64,000 bases of DNA from contig NC_092347.1 of NCBI RefSeq assembly GCF_963676685.1, positions 89,590,001 through 89,654,000 of the forward strand, given 5' to 3'. The notes under the pieces were generated by a model. The model searched no databases. It was not told the DNA's origin and saw only the letters and a program-made list of their open reading frames with translations. The stretch's first letter is position 1; each line of letters starts with the position of its first letter. The position numbers and the translations under genes were made by a program. This document shows, piece by piece, positions 12,140 to 23,830 of this stretch. This stretch comes from Mytilus edulis. Its lineage: Eukaryota.

Positions 12140-12456
12140 GTTTGTTTTTATAGTGATTATGCCTGTTATACCCGAATTTTGACGTTGTTATCCATTATGT
12201 CTGTTTGTTTTGTTCACACAAAGTTGTCAATATATTGGAATTTGATGCGACTGTCATACAAATGAGAGGTTTAGCTACCTATAAAACCAGGTACAATCCA
12301 CCATTTTCTACATAAGACAACGCCTGTACCAAGTCAGGAATATGACAGTTGTTTTCCTTTTTTATTCTGTTTTTGAGCTTTTGATTTTGCCGTTTGATTA
12401 TGGACTTTCCGTTTTGAATTTATCCGGAGTTCAGTTTTGTTTGTGATTTTACTTTT
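12140..12456 (+). repeat. high-copy interspersed repeat (GAGAGGTTTAGCTA-CTATAAAACCAGG family), probably Penelope-associated
   Basis: Closely similar copies at 24300-24623 (+), 60380-60660 (+), 17020-17210 (-) and 49208-49340 (-), with a fragment at 23483-23533; this copy abuts a PLE RT remnant. Confidence 0.75.
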
Positions 12457-12459
12457 AAC

Positions 12460-12890
12460 CCATATTTCAGTTGGGATTTGCATCTCATATCCAGTCAACT
12501 TGAAATTAAGGTTAGGTTTGATACAAGAAGAACTGCTTCATACCTTGATATTTTCCTTAATATTGACACAGATTGACGTTTTCACACTTAAATCTAAGAC
12601 AAACAGGATGATTTCAACTTCCCAATTTAGAATTTCCCATTCCTCAGCAGTAACATACCCTCTGTTCAGTTCCATGGTGTTTACATATCTCAGTTAATAT
12701 GTTCTAATCGTGCATGTTCACACTATACTGACTTCATATACAGAATTGTGTTCCTTGCGCAGAAACTGCTCCCACAGAGTTAATCTGGGGAGGAAAGATT
12801 AAAAATGGCACTCCTTTATTAAATATTTTGGACAAACTGGTTTATATGTACGATGTATCTGTCACTTAACTAGCTAAAGACATTTTTACC
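12460..12890 (+). mobile_element. decayed Penelope-like retroelement RT, C-terminal fragment
   Basis: Remnants TASYLDIFLNID, DKQDDFNFPI, NFPFLSSNIP and GVYISQLI; homologous to 51790-52285. Confidence 0.7.
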
Positions 12891-13868
12891 ACGTCTTAGT
12901 TTGTGGTTTAATATCTATGTCGTCTGCCTGCCAAGTACCGAACGTGACCTTTTTTTGAATATGTTCGTTGTTGTTCTGTGGTTTGCGACTTGAGTCGAAT
13001 ATTATATTATTTGTTTGTGCGTTTCTCTGTGATGAATCATCTTGTTTGTGTTTGTCCTGTATTTCTGTCACGTGGTGTTGTCATTTTTCGATATGTTTTA
13101 ACATTGGCATAAAGCAGGAGGTTTGGTAAGACATTAAACTATGTTCAACCCAACATTTATTTTTTAAAATGACCTGTATCAAGTGAGGATTATGTCGTTG
13201 TTATCAAAACGATCGTTTAGATGTATATTGGCATTGTTTTTTGTTGTTGCACTTCAGTGTTCTCAGTTTTGTACCTTTGTTTTCCTCTTATAGTTTATTT
13301 GTTTTTCTCGATTTTAGTTTGTAACAAGGATTTGTTTTTTTCTCTAATCGATCGAATCATGACTTTTGAACACCGGTATACTACTGTTGGCTTTATTTGC
13401 TATTATTAACAACATACGTATCACGGACTGTCTACAGCAATAACGGTTAAAATAACCTTCAAAACAAGAGTGTTATATAGCAATTTCAATAGTTTATAAA
13501 GTCTGCATTTTTTAAAGTTTTTTCAGACAATATCATATTTCTCGAATCATGTCTTGCACCGGAAAATATTGTCAATAAAGTTGGCCCTTGTGACGTCTTT
13601 TACCAGATAGAAGGCGTGCCTGTATCTTGCCACTATGAGCATTAAGAACTCATTTCAAACATAAATGCATACAAAGCAGCAAATCAATACTCCCTGTTAA
13701 GGTCCAACGTATTTATCTCAGTATTTGTAAATATAGCTTAAGGTCAGTGTATATGTCATATTTTCAACTTTTAACAAATCTTACGGCATTTGTTTTCAAG
13801 CTATAATTTACAATTTTGTGTTTCTTATATAATTCACCTATTCAAAATGTCAATTAAACAGTTTGTTT

Positions 13869-15548
13869 TCAACAAATATCATAAAGTAAAACTTGTCCGG
13901 TAAAATAGGAGGTAACTGTTAATGAGTTAGTAATCGCATTTATATGAAGCCCCCATGGTGACTCTGTATCTTTGATTTGCAAAGGTCTGCAACGTCGACC
14001 ATCTGGAGAAATCAATGCAATGTAGTTTTTATTATATATTGCAACGTATATAATACCGTTAATATCAACAGTGATGCCACGTGCCGCGTCCACATTTTGG
14101 TGAAGTATGTGTTCCCATAACTTTTCGCCCTTCATTGTATAACACCTAACAAAATGATCGGACGTGGTTTGATAAATTTTGTCATCGTGTATTGCTAGAA
14201 ATGACCAATTCTCAATATCACTTTGTTTAACTAGATCAGTTATTTGTCCGTTAGATAACTGTACCTCTTGAATTCCTTTAGTTGAGACATTACAAATCAA
14301 CTTTCCATTGTAGAACCGTATACCGCAACAATTTCCCTGAATACGGATTACTCTTTCAGTCACTTTAGAGTCTATGTTGATAATTTCTATCGCGTTGTTG
14401 CTAGATACTGCGACTGTGCTGTCAGATATAAAGGTGACATCGTTGTAGCAACTCAAATTGTTCTTTATCAAATCATAGGATCCATTAGTATTCAGGATAC
14501 AGAGTCTTCTGGTATTGTCCACAAATACTATTAATCCACTTGGTGAAACTGTAAAGCCACGAATGATAGCTTGTGGAACAGTTTGAAATTGTGATTGGAG
14601 AGAAAAACTTATACTATCTATTGACCTTCGAGGATGCGGTTCAACAGATAAAATCTGAGCTTGTTTCTCCTTGTCTGTTTTATAAACGGTACATGCCTTT
14701 GATGTCTCTGAAGACACTGATCCAAAGGCTGTAACGGTGGTCAATATATCTGATATCTTTTCACTTATGCTAAATTTTAGTTCGTTTTGGTGGAGACTAT
14801 CGTCCTGAAACAACGACTGCAAATATTTGTTTTCTGTATCTACTTCCGTCTCAAGCAATTTACTTCCAAGAAATATCTGGAGGTCGGACGCATACTCTTT
14901 TAAAGCTGATATGTTAGTATGTAAAGTTTCTACGCTCTTTCTTTTGTTTATGAGTTGCGACATTAATGTGTTAAGCTTTGACTTGATTTCTGTTTCAGCG
15001 GCATTCAATTTCATCAAAATTTGTTCCTCTAATGAATCGAGATGGGTATTTACTTTTTGGCGTGTTTGTTTTATTTCAGCATGGAACTGTTTTCTTTGTT
15101 TTTCAATGGCATTTAGGTTTTGTTCTCTTTCATTCATTATGCTGTCAATGTTATACATCATATCCTTTAGACTTTGGTCAATGTTTTCTAGTAAAGCTGA
15201 TGCTTTGAAAGTTTTTACGATCTCCTGCAAAGACTTGAGTCCACAGCAATTCTTATGGTATTCTGAAATACAAACTGAGCAACAGATTTTGTCGTCTTGT
15301 GGGCAGTAGTTTTGATATTTTAAATTATGTTCATTGCAATATGTGGCTATTTTTAAGATTGATGACTGCAACTTTAGATAATTTTCAATAGAAATGATTT
15401 CGTGTTTTCGAGTGGCTTTGGCGAAACTGTGATGTTTTTCACATTCAGAACACATTCCTTCTTCACACTCGGGACACCAAACGTTTGCTGATTTTGTAAT
15501 ATGTTGAGCTTCACATATTTCACAAACCACTCCACTAGAAGTAGCCAT
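13869..15548 (-). CDS. RING-less TRIM-like protein (2 B-boxes, coiled coil, NHL-like beta-propeller), 559 aa, single coding exon
   Basis: B-box1 CEIC...CPECEEGMCSECEKHH...H; B-box2 CNEH...CPQD...CCSVC...H; heptad-rich middle; NHL-like blades (RGITVDINGIIYVA, PWGLHI). The true ATG (MATSS) is at 15548, just after a TTTCAG acceptor, so the MEYFR in the ORF track is intronic. Confidence 0.9.
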   Translation of the reverse strand: MATSSGVVCEICEAQHITKSANVWCPECEEGMCSECEKHHSFAKATRKHEIISIENYLKLQSSILKIATYCNEHNLKYQNYCPQDDKICCSVCISEYHKNCCGLKSLQEIVKTFKASALLENIDQSLKDMMYNIDSIMNEREQNLNAIEKQRKQFHAEIKQTRQKVNTHLDSLEEQILMKLNAAETEIKSKLNTLMSQLINKRKSVETLHTNISALKEYASDLQIFLGSKLLETEVDTENKYLQSLFQDDSLHQNELKFSISEKISDILTTVTAFGSVSSETSKACTVYKTDKEKQAQILSVEPHPRRSIDSISFSLQSQFQTVPQAIIRGFTVSPSGLIVFVDNTRRLCILNTNGSYDLIKNNLSCYNDVTFISDSTVAVSSNNAIEIINIDSKVTERVIRIQGNCCGIRFYNGKLICNVSTKGIQEVQLSNGQITDLVKQSDIENWSFLAIHDDKIYQTTSDHFVRCYTMKGEKLWEHILHQNVDAARGITVDINGIIYVAIYNKNYIALISPDGRRCRPLQIKDTESPWGLHINAITNSLTVTSYFTGQVLLYDIC

Positions 15549-16149
15549 TCTGAAATATTCCAAAGTTAGAACAAATTAAAACAGGATCACATTAACTTTT
15601 GTTATTAATTTTGTTCGTGTTGCGCATGTTCTTGTGTATTTTGCAATTGTACATATGTCATTACGTTTTGCAATTGCCCACGCTCAGCAGTACTCAAAAC
15701 GTTTAGTTTGTTATAATTATATAGTTTATGTTGCACTTGTTCTGCTTATGTATTATGTATTTATATAAATATATGTACTTATTACAATTGTGCACGCTCG
15801 GTAGTACTCAAACGAATACTTTTTCTGATGTTTACCCATTATTACACGATCTAATTTTATCTGTCGAAAAATATTTCTCCAACTCCCTTTTGACTCATTC
15901 ATCATTATCAGATAACCGTGGCAATGTTTTGATCAATGATCAATGCCTATGACTATCTGAAAAATTAAGGCGACAGTAGTCTACCGGTGTTAAAATCTGG
16001 TATATCGATTTAAAAGGAACACATCAGGTCTACAAACAAAACTAGGGGTGATCGCAAGAACTTCAAAGGGACCGGGTGAATCGAACGAGTAATTGGTCAT
16101 TCTATGCATGTATTGCCCGTCATGTGAATTCCCACTCGAGACGACTTAA

Positions 16150-16482
16150 GGATGTTAGCTTGTCATGTTTTTGGAATTTTTGTCAGATTTTCGAAATCCT
16201 TTGGTTTGATCCATTTGAATGCCTGAAAAATCTTTTACAAGTATAATTATAAGCCATTTGTAATAGTCTTATGAAATCTTATTTATTTTTTAATAGGTTT
16301 TTGAGAACTTTAACCGGTCAATGATAAAGCTATAAAAATTAAGAGAGAACATTTTCCCGCCAAAATTCCAATGGCTAATATCTCTATATTTTTTTGCTTT
16401 TTTAATTCCTCAATTAATCCCCAATCAATATATACTAGTGTTATGGGAAGCTACTTATTTTGCAACTGAGCAGCGAACTTCC
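16150..16482. mobile_element. Kolobok-like non-autonomous DNA transposon
   Basis: TTAA on both sides; imperfect TIR GGATGTTAGCT / AGCGAACTTCC; second copy at 26357-27045. Confidence 0.75.
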
Positions 16483-17393
16483 TTAATTGATACCTATATG
16501 TGCATTCAATATAGAGGTTAAGTTTTTGTGTATTGAGAATTATAATGAAGGATCTGTTTAAATATGTTAGACCTTCAGGGGTATACTAGTACTAGTAATG
16601 TGGTCAATATGAGTATCTTTGAAAGGTTGCAGACCTTGTCGTTAAAGCCCAAAATTGTCTCTGATTGTTTGGTGATTGTGACATATGTCAATTATACTGG
16701 TGTTGTACATATCGTTCCTCTTACCTTATAAAACATGACAAAAAAATAGACAGCACATTGACAAACCTTAAAGACATACATACTTAAACAAACAACGTAT
16801 GGTGCCTAAAATTGTTAAATTCTGTTTTATTTTGGTCTCCTGTGAAGAGTTGTCTCATTCGCAATATTACCACATCTTTTTGTTATAGCTATAAAAATGT
16901 TTTCTCCAAAATTTTTCACAGTTCATACATGCATACACTGAGATGTGGATCATAGCCAACTATATTTCAGTTAGTATACATTTTGTAGATAAGAGTAGTT
17001 AATCTGTTGATAACAACTGTCATATTTCTGACTTGGTACATGCATTTTCTTAAGTAGAAAATGGTGGATTTAACCTGATTTTATAGCTAGCTAAACCTCT
17101 CACTTTTATGACAGTTGCATACAATTCCATTATATTGACAATGAAGTGTGCAGAAAACAAACAGACATTATAGCTAAAAATGTAAAAAAAATATAGGGAT
17201 ATAGCAGTCAACATGTTCCGATTGGACGACCAACAGGTGTTAATTGCCGGTATCCATTAACATGTAATATTAACTGTTATACAAACAAATATATCTGCGC
17301 AGCTTTAATCTATTTTGAAAATAATAAGGTTGCATAAGAAACACATTCGATTTGAACGTTTATCATAAGGTCTGCATCTTTCGAAAATTCTTA

Positions 17394-17572
17394 CTGTCGA
17401 ACTTAAAGACATATCCGGGTCGGGCAATTTACATTAATTTTACTCGAATTAACCGAGTACTTAAATTAATCGAGTTTGACTCATCAGAGATGCATTGATC
17501 AAATTGAAATTTTACCGGGACGGAGATATTACCTAGACTCATCCGTGTGTTCGACAACACGAGGTTCGACTG
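17394..17572. mobile_element. Tc1/mariner-type MITE
   Basis: TA flanks; imperfect TIR CTGTCGAAC / GTTCGACTG. Confidence 0.55.
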
Positions 17573-17694
17573 TATATCAACCTTCTGCATTAATTCTATA
17601 TAATCATAAATGCGTCGTCGTTGCTATTGTGAGTATATACATACCTATAGCAAATTGTGTTTCACAAATGGTGTTATGTTAAGAAGTGATACAA

Positions 17695-18247
17695 GGAATT
17701 CTAATGCAATTATTTTGTATCAATGGTTCTGATTGGATGACAGTAAGCGTAAAATTCTCTTTCTCCTTGTCTGTAACTAAGGAAGCCGACATTTTGAATT
17801 GCTGAATGTATTGACATGTAATTTCTACAATAATAAGCCAAAATACTCACATGTTGCACATAAAAATCTTCTTTTTATCAAATTTTATTACATTTTGAAG
17901 CGGCACAGAAGCTCGAAAACGCCTGGTGTTTATGTTCGACGCCGGAATCATAACTATGACGTCACCTAGTGTAGGGACCAAAGAAGATAACTTATCTTTG
18001 CGGAAATTTCTATAATGAAGATTTTACACTGAAATAATGATTAAAATTTAATTATAAACTTGTTTTGCATTAGAATAGAGATAACTGTATTGTATTTGAA
18101 GCTTTGCGGACGTCCATCGGTAGTTTTACTGTCGCAAATACCCGTTTACCTGTCTCCGCTACGCATCGCCAGGTAAACTAAATTTGCGACAGTAAAACTA
18201 CCGATGGACGTCCGCAAAGCTTCAAATACAATACAGTTATCTCTTAA
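17695..18247. mobile_element. non-autonomous element with a terminal 63-bp perfect hairpin (possibly Crypton-like)
   Basis: Absent at the paralogous site upstream of the second TRIM gene (23100-23125); perfect inverted repeat 18077-18139 / 18182-18244; ends in TTAA. The superfamily assignment is tentative. Confidence 0.7.
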
Positions 18248-20172
18248 GTGAAATGTACAAAGTCCAATCACAGGTAGCGTCACCTGGTTGATAACATTGT
18301 TTAAATATTGAATATGTATTAACTAGCACTATCGTTATTCTATTGATAAATTCAACAAAAACACACATACATCCTAAATATCAAAACACCATGTGAAATT
18401 TGTAAATATGCTCCAGAATACAGCTAGATTATGAAATTTTAGGATTGAAATGAATGTGTTCTTATATAATTCAATGATACTGATAAAATCAGAGAACAAA
18501 ATGTAACTTTCTAAACAGGTACGTGTGCCTCGCAGTATCATTATTTTTTTTGCTTTTGATTTTGCGTTTAAGGTTTTTTTTTAGGTATGTAAGGGGATAA
18601 TGTTTGATTTCTATATTCAATAAAAAAAAACAGCCCAAGGGGAATTCGGACACAAAGTGCAACATGCTAACATGGAACAGGCGCTTGTAGAAAAAAAAAC
18701 ACGATCCGAGGGCCACGAAGGAGGGACTATGAAAAGAAAACATGGCATAAGATAGGTTAGAACAAAAAATAAGCATTTGAGAAAAAAGGTTTCATACTGG
18801 TACAAAACTGTTTATTCTGGAATAATTCTTCTTTCTCTATAATGATACATTAACTGCTTCATCAAGTAAAACAAACATTGATTCCATCAATTTTATAGTC
18901 AAATAGCGGTAGTAACATATTTAAATTGCTGGTTTAAAGTTGAAACATTTTGTGAATTAGCCATGTTCCAAGAGTGTTTTTTGAAATATTTTGTAATTTT
19001 ATAAGTAGTGATGTCAATTCTAATTGATTTTGAAATGCGAAAAATGCGTGAATACGCGTTGATTTTAAGAAACTAATTTTTGTTCATCATGAACACACAT
19101 TTCTTCAAAATCTTGACTCCAATACCTGGCAGATTCTGTGATGTGTTGGTCTTCCCGTTTTCCACGTAACATACTTCCAGACGTCCCAAAGTACTGATCC
19201 CAAATATTTCACAATTAAAATTGTTTTATAAAATAAACTATCCCCTCTTTTAGTTATACATATGTTCGTGTGCTTTTGTTCTGTGTTCATATAATAAAAT
19301 ATGTTATGTTCACACTTACATTTTTTATTTTTCATTTCTACACCTCTCATTTTATTTTCAAATGTTTGTTCCTATTACTTTTATACTTTATTAGAGGCAA
19401 TAACAGTTTTCGGTGTGCAAATTCCACGTTATTACAGTCAATGCAGTGGTCGATAACTCTGCTGATATACAATTATTATTTCAATATATCAACAAGTGCA
19501 GTAGCATTACGTTGGTATTGCCATAAAAGTACATATTTTGGTTTCATGAAGTTCCTTTTTTAAGTTGTGGAAATCGTTTGAAATTCAGTAATTATTGACC
19601 TATACCGCGTCTGTCCATCGAACGGCATTTACATATCTAAATGTATAATACACTAAGCTCATTACGCTATGTTCACACTATACAGAATCATTAACAGGGT
19701 TGTGTACAATACATCTTCGCTAGCCAAGGGTTACGATCAACTTCCCTCCTCTCCACTGTGCCATCAAGACGCTAATATAGTCATCTGGTCTGTAAAATTA
19801 AGATTGAGATTTTTTTTTACTCAATCCGGATTCCCATGGAGGTTGGCGTAGAACAGCAGTAAACATTTCATAGTTTCATAGTTTATTAAATAAAACTCAG
19901 CCGCAGAAGACTGCGTCAAACAGGATAATATTATAAACAATATCAATAACGACATAGTTCATAATACAAACAGTTTTTTTTTTGTAAAAAGGCAATATTG
20001 TTTTATTGAATAGAAAACAACAGACGTTGATGCCATAATTAACCGTCTATCGAATATAAAAATAAGAAGATGTCGGTTACGATTGACAAAGAGGCAACTC
20101 TCAAACAGATATAAGAGATAACAATTATAAATATTACTAATCTTGTATGTAGGTGTTTCAACAATCGTAGAC

Positions 20173-21864
20173 TTAATCGGTGTTCAGAATATCATAAAGG
20201 AAAATTGTTCCGTCCAATCCGGCAACTGACAGTGAATTCGTCAGCTCGTTGAAATGAAGCCTCCATGGCTCCGCCATTTCCTTGATATTTACACATCTGC
20301 TACGTTGTCCATCTGAAGAAAGTAGTAAAATACAGTTTACTCTATACAACGCAACATACACATTGCCGCTATTATCAACAGTTATGCCGCGTACACATCT
20401 GTTTGGAGTTTTAGTTTTGAACTCCCATACCTGCTCTCCTTCCATTGTGTAACACCTAACAAACACGTTAGAAGATGTTTGATAAATTTTATTCTTGTGT
20501 ATTGTTATGTATGACCAATTGGAAAGGTGTTTCTGTATAACGAGATCAGTAATGTTTCCATTAGATACCTGTACCTGCTGAATTCCTTTATGTAAAACAT
20601 TACAAATCAATGTTCCGTTGTTGTAGCACATTCCTTTACACTCTCCACTTAAACAGATCACTTTTTCTCTTACTTTAGAGGGAATTTTAATGATTTCTAT
20701 CGTTTTGTTTACAGATGCAGCAATTGTAGTTTCATCAATAAAAGTGACATCGTCGCACGAAGTTGAATATTTGTTAATTAAATCAAAAGGTCCATTGGTG
20801 AATAGGATACCAAGTTTACCATTAAAGTCCGATAACACCATTAATCCATTATGTGAAACCGAAAACCCACGAAGGCTAAATTTTTGTCCAGTGGGAAAAC
20901 GTAAATTGGATTTGAAAGATATATTTATATTTTCTATTGACTGAAATGGATGTGGTACAAAAGATAAAATCTGGGCTTGTTTCTCTTTGTCCGTTTTCAA
21001 AACTATACTTGGTTTTGATGTCTCTATAGAAACAGACCCAAATGCTTTAACAGTGGTCAATAAATCTAATATCTTTTCACTTATGCTACTTTTAAGATTG
21101 GGTTGGTGAAAACTATCATCATCTATCAACGACTGAAAAAACATTTCCTCCCTCTGAACTTCCAACTCAAGTGATTTACTTCCCAGAAAGGTTTGTAGGT
21201 CGGTAGCATATTCTTTAACGGATGACATACTAGTTTGCAAAGATTCTATTGTGTTTATTTTTTCAGAAAGTTGCGACATTAAGGTTTCTGTCTTCGACTT
21301 TATTTCCTGTTCAGCTGAATTCAAATCTACGACGATCTGTTTTACTAGTAAATCTAAATGGGAATTAACCTTTTCCCGTATATGTTTTATTTCATTGTAA
21401 AAGCATATTCTCTGACTTTCGATTGTAGCCAGATTTCGTTCCTTATCTTTCATTATACTTTCATAATTATACCTCATATCCTTCAGACTTTGTTCGATAT
21501 TTTCGAGCCAAGCAGATTCTTTGGAAAATCTAACGATCTCTTGCAAAGACTGGAGTCCAGTGCAATTTTTATGTAATTCAGAAATACAAACCGCGCAACA
21601 GATTTTGTCATGCTGTGGGCAGTAGTTCTGATATTTTAAGTTATGTTCATTGCAATATGTGGCTATTTTAGAGATTGATGACGGCAACTTTAGATAATTT
21701 TCAATACTGATAGTTTCGTGGTTTCTAGTTCCCTTTGAGAAACTATGATGTTTTTGACATATGGAACATAAGCCTTCTTCACATTCAGGGCACCAATAGA
21801 TGGCAGATTTTGTTATATGTTGAGCTTCACATATTTCACAAACCACTCTACGAGAAGTCGCCAT
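20173..21864 (-). CDS. RING-less TRIM-like protein, tandem paralog, 563 aa, single coding exon
   Basis: Same architecture, colinear with 13869-15548; ATG at 21864 follows a TTTCAG acceptor; the intronic flank 21865-22015 is similar to 15549-15700. Confidence 0.9.
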   Translation of the reverse strand: MATSRRVVCEICEAQHITKSAIYWCPECEEGLCSICQKHHSFSKGTRNHETISIENYLKLPSSISKIATYCNEHNLKYQNYCPQHDKICCAVCISELHKNCTGLQSLQEIVRFSKESAWLENIEQSLKDMRYNYESIMKDKERNLATIESQRICFYNEIKHIREKVNSHLDLLVKQIVVDLNSAEQEIKSKTETLMSQLSEKINTIESLQTSMSSVKEYATDLQTFLGSKSLELEVQREEMFFQSLIDDDSFHQPNLKSSISEKILDLLTTVKAFGSVSIETSKPSIVLKTDKEKQAQILSFVPHPFQSIENINISFKSNLRFPTGQKFSLRGFSVSHNGLMVLSDFNGKLGILFTNGPFDLINKYSTSCDDVTFIDETTIAASVNKTIEIIKIPSKVREKVICLSGECKGMCYNNGTLICNVLHKGIQQVQVSNGNITDLVIQKHLSNWSYITIHKNKIYQTSSNVFVRCYTMEGEQVWEFKTKTPNRCVRGITVDNSGNVYVALYRVNCILLLSSDGQRSRCVNIKEMAEPWRLHFNELTNSLSVAGLDGTIFLYDILNTD

Positions 21865-23060
21865 TCTGAAATATTCCAAAATTAAACCAATTAAAACTGT
21901 ATCAGTAGTTTAGTTCGTTTTGCTCATGGTCTTGTGTATTTTATATCTGAATATATGTCAGTCACAAGTGATGTCAGTATGTTTTGCAATTGCCCAAGCT
22001 CAGCAGTACTCAAACAATATATGTTTACTATTATGTACTATTAAGTACTACTTAGTACATGGTCTCGTTCTAAAAAAAATATATTGTGAGATATCGGAGT
22101 TGAACGAACTGTGAATATGCGGCAAGTCGGGGATTTAACGCGAACAGCATAATTAAAACAGTCAATTTCTATTCTGAATATATTCTGTATTTAGCATTGC
22201 TTGTATAATGATATTGGCGGCCCCATAGTCAAAATCGTTCAAGGACCTGCGAAGGTGTACATATCATGTAATTTCGGAAATCCACCCGTTGATGCAACAC
22301 GGACAATTTTACAACACATATTGTCCTTTCTTTATTATAACATATCAAACACCAGACCACGTGTTTGCTACATCTAGTTACAGTCATACATTTGAAAGAA
22401 AATATATGATAGCAAAGGCAACTGAATATAAAAAGAAGATGTGGTATTATTGCCAATGAGACAACTGTCCACAAGAGACCAGATGACACAGAAATTAACA
22501 CCCATAGGTCACCGTACGGCCTTCAACATTGAGCAAAGCCAGCTATAAAAGGCTCCGAAATGACAAAGGTAAAATAATTCAAACTAGAAAACTATTGGCC
22601 TGTATGTACAAAAAATTAACGAAAAACATATATGTAACACATCAACAAACGACAACCATTGAAGATTCTTTTTAAAGCTCTTTAGAATCGCGGCCGATAT
22701 AAAATGTGTTTGTCGTTACAAATGATGAGACGGAAGATTATATTATACGAACGATTATTTAAATTTAATAAACTTATAATATACTTGCAGATTAAATTTG
22801 TGAAAGCCAAATTTACTTGAAGAAATTGTGACTTTTATCACAAACATATATATTATATGTCTCTGCTTGTATTAACTAATCTACTGTGGTATTTCATTCT
22901 CCATAATGGTTGATCAATTGATTATCTAATTAACATTTAATACTTTATGAACATAAACACGATCCAGGAAGATCTTCATAACGAATATTGGTCAATAAAT
23001 ATGCATTTATTACATATATTCAAAAAAATATGTCGTCATAGTTATTGTGAGTGTATACAT

Positions 23061-23165
23061 ACCTGTGTTATGTACATTCACAACTGGTTTTATTTTTCAG
23101 TGATACAGGAAAGTGAATTGTACAAAGTCCAATCACAGGTAGCAGGTAGCGACACCTGGTTGAAA
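23061..23165 (-). promoter_or_regulatory. putative non-coding first exon and core promoter of the second TRIM-like gene
   Basis: Minus-strand donor CAG|GTATGT at 23063, conserved in the paralog at 17645 (TAG|GTATGT). The block GTACAAAGTCCAATCACAGGTAGC..CACCTGGTTG is shared with 18255-18291 and holds a CCAAT and an E-box. GGAAAGTGAA lies at 23108-23117. Confidence 0.5.
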
Positions 23166-23640
23166 AATTTCTCACATATTGAATACATAATCCATAAATC
23201 ACTATCATATTTGTATTTATAAAGGACAAGATTTACTTTAGACCAAATATGACCTTGAATTTCAATTTTTATCTTAAATTTTCAAATTTGCTATCATATG
23301 GTTTTTTCAGATATATTTCAAAAACCTAACTATTTTTTAAAAATAAAATGCATTTTCGAACCTAAAAGCTTGAAGAAACCCTTACCTGCAACCTGGGATC
23401 CAAAATGTTCTGTAGTCAAAATTTGCCAATGATGATAATGAATCCCTAGTCACAAACACTTTGAGTCCCTGGTAACAAACACTTTCCGTTTTGAATTTTC
23501 CTCGGAGTTTATTATTTGTGATTTTACTTTTCCTGGATCATGTGTGGCGGCCAAAGTAAATAATGCAAAAAACTTTTAAGAACTATAAAAAGTATTGACA
23601 AAAACTGACGTTCAAACACAAATAGGGCATACTTATGTAG

Positions 23641-23830
23641 CATGCGTTTCGTCTACATAAGAGTCATCAGTGACGCTCATATCAAAATAGTTATATAGCC
23701 AAACAAGTACAAAGCTGAAGAGCATTGAGGATCCAAAATTCCAAAATGTTGTGCCAAATACTACTAAGGTACTAAGGTACGCTATGCCTGAGATAAGAAA
23801 ATCCTTACTTTTTCGAAAAGTTTAAATACG
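23641..23830 (-). mobile_element. hammerhead-ribozyme-bearing repeat (retrozyme / PLE pLTR-like), truncated
   Basis: Minus strand GAGCGTCA-CTGATGA-CTCTTATGTAGAC-GAAA-CGCATG: CUGAUGA and GAAA intact, stem II closing pair mismatched, 3' arm lost. Confidence 0.75.

Noticed and set aside
14827-15309. 160-aa plus-strand ORF (also 20690-20944, 21358-21576, 35266-35550)
   Set aside because: Antisense or alternate-frame shadows of real CDSs with no recognisable domains.
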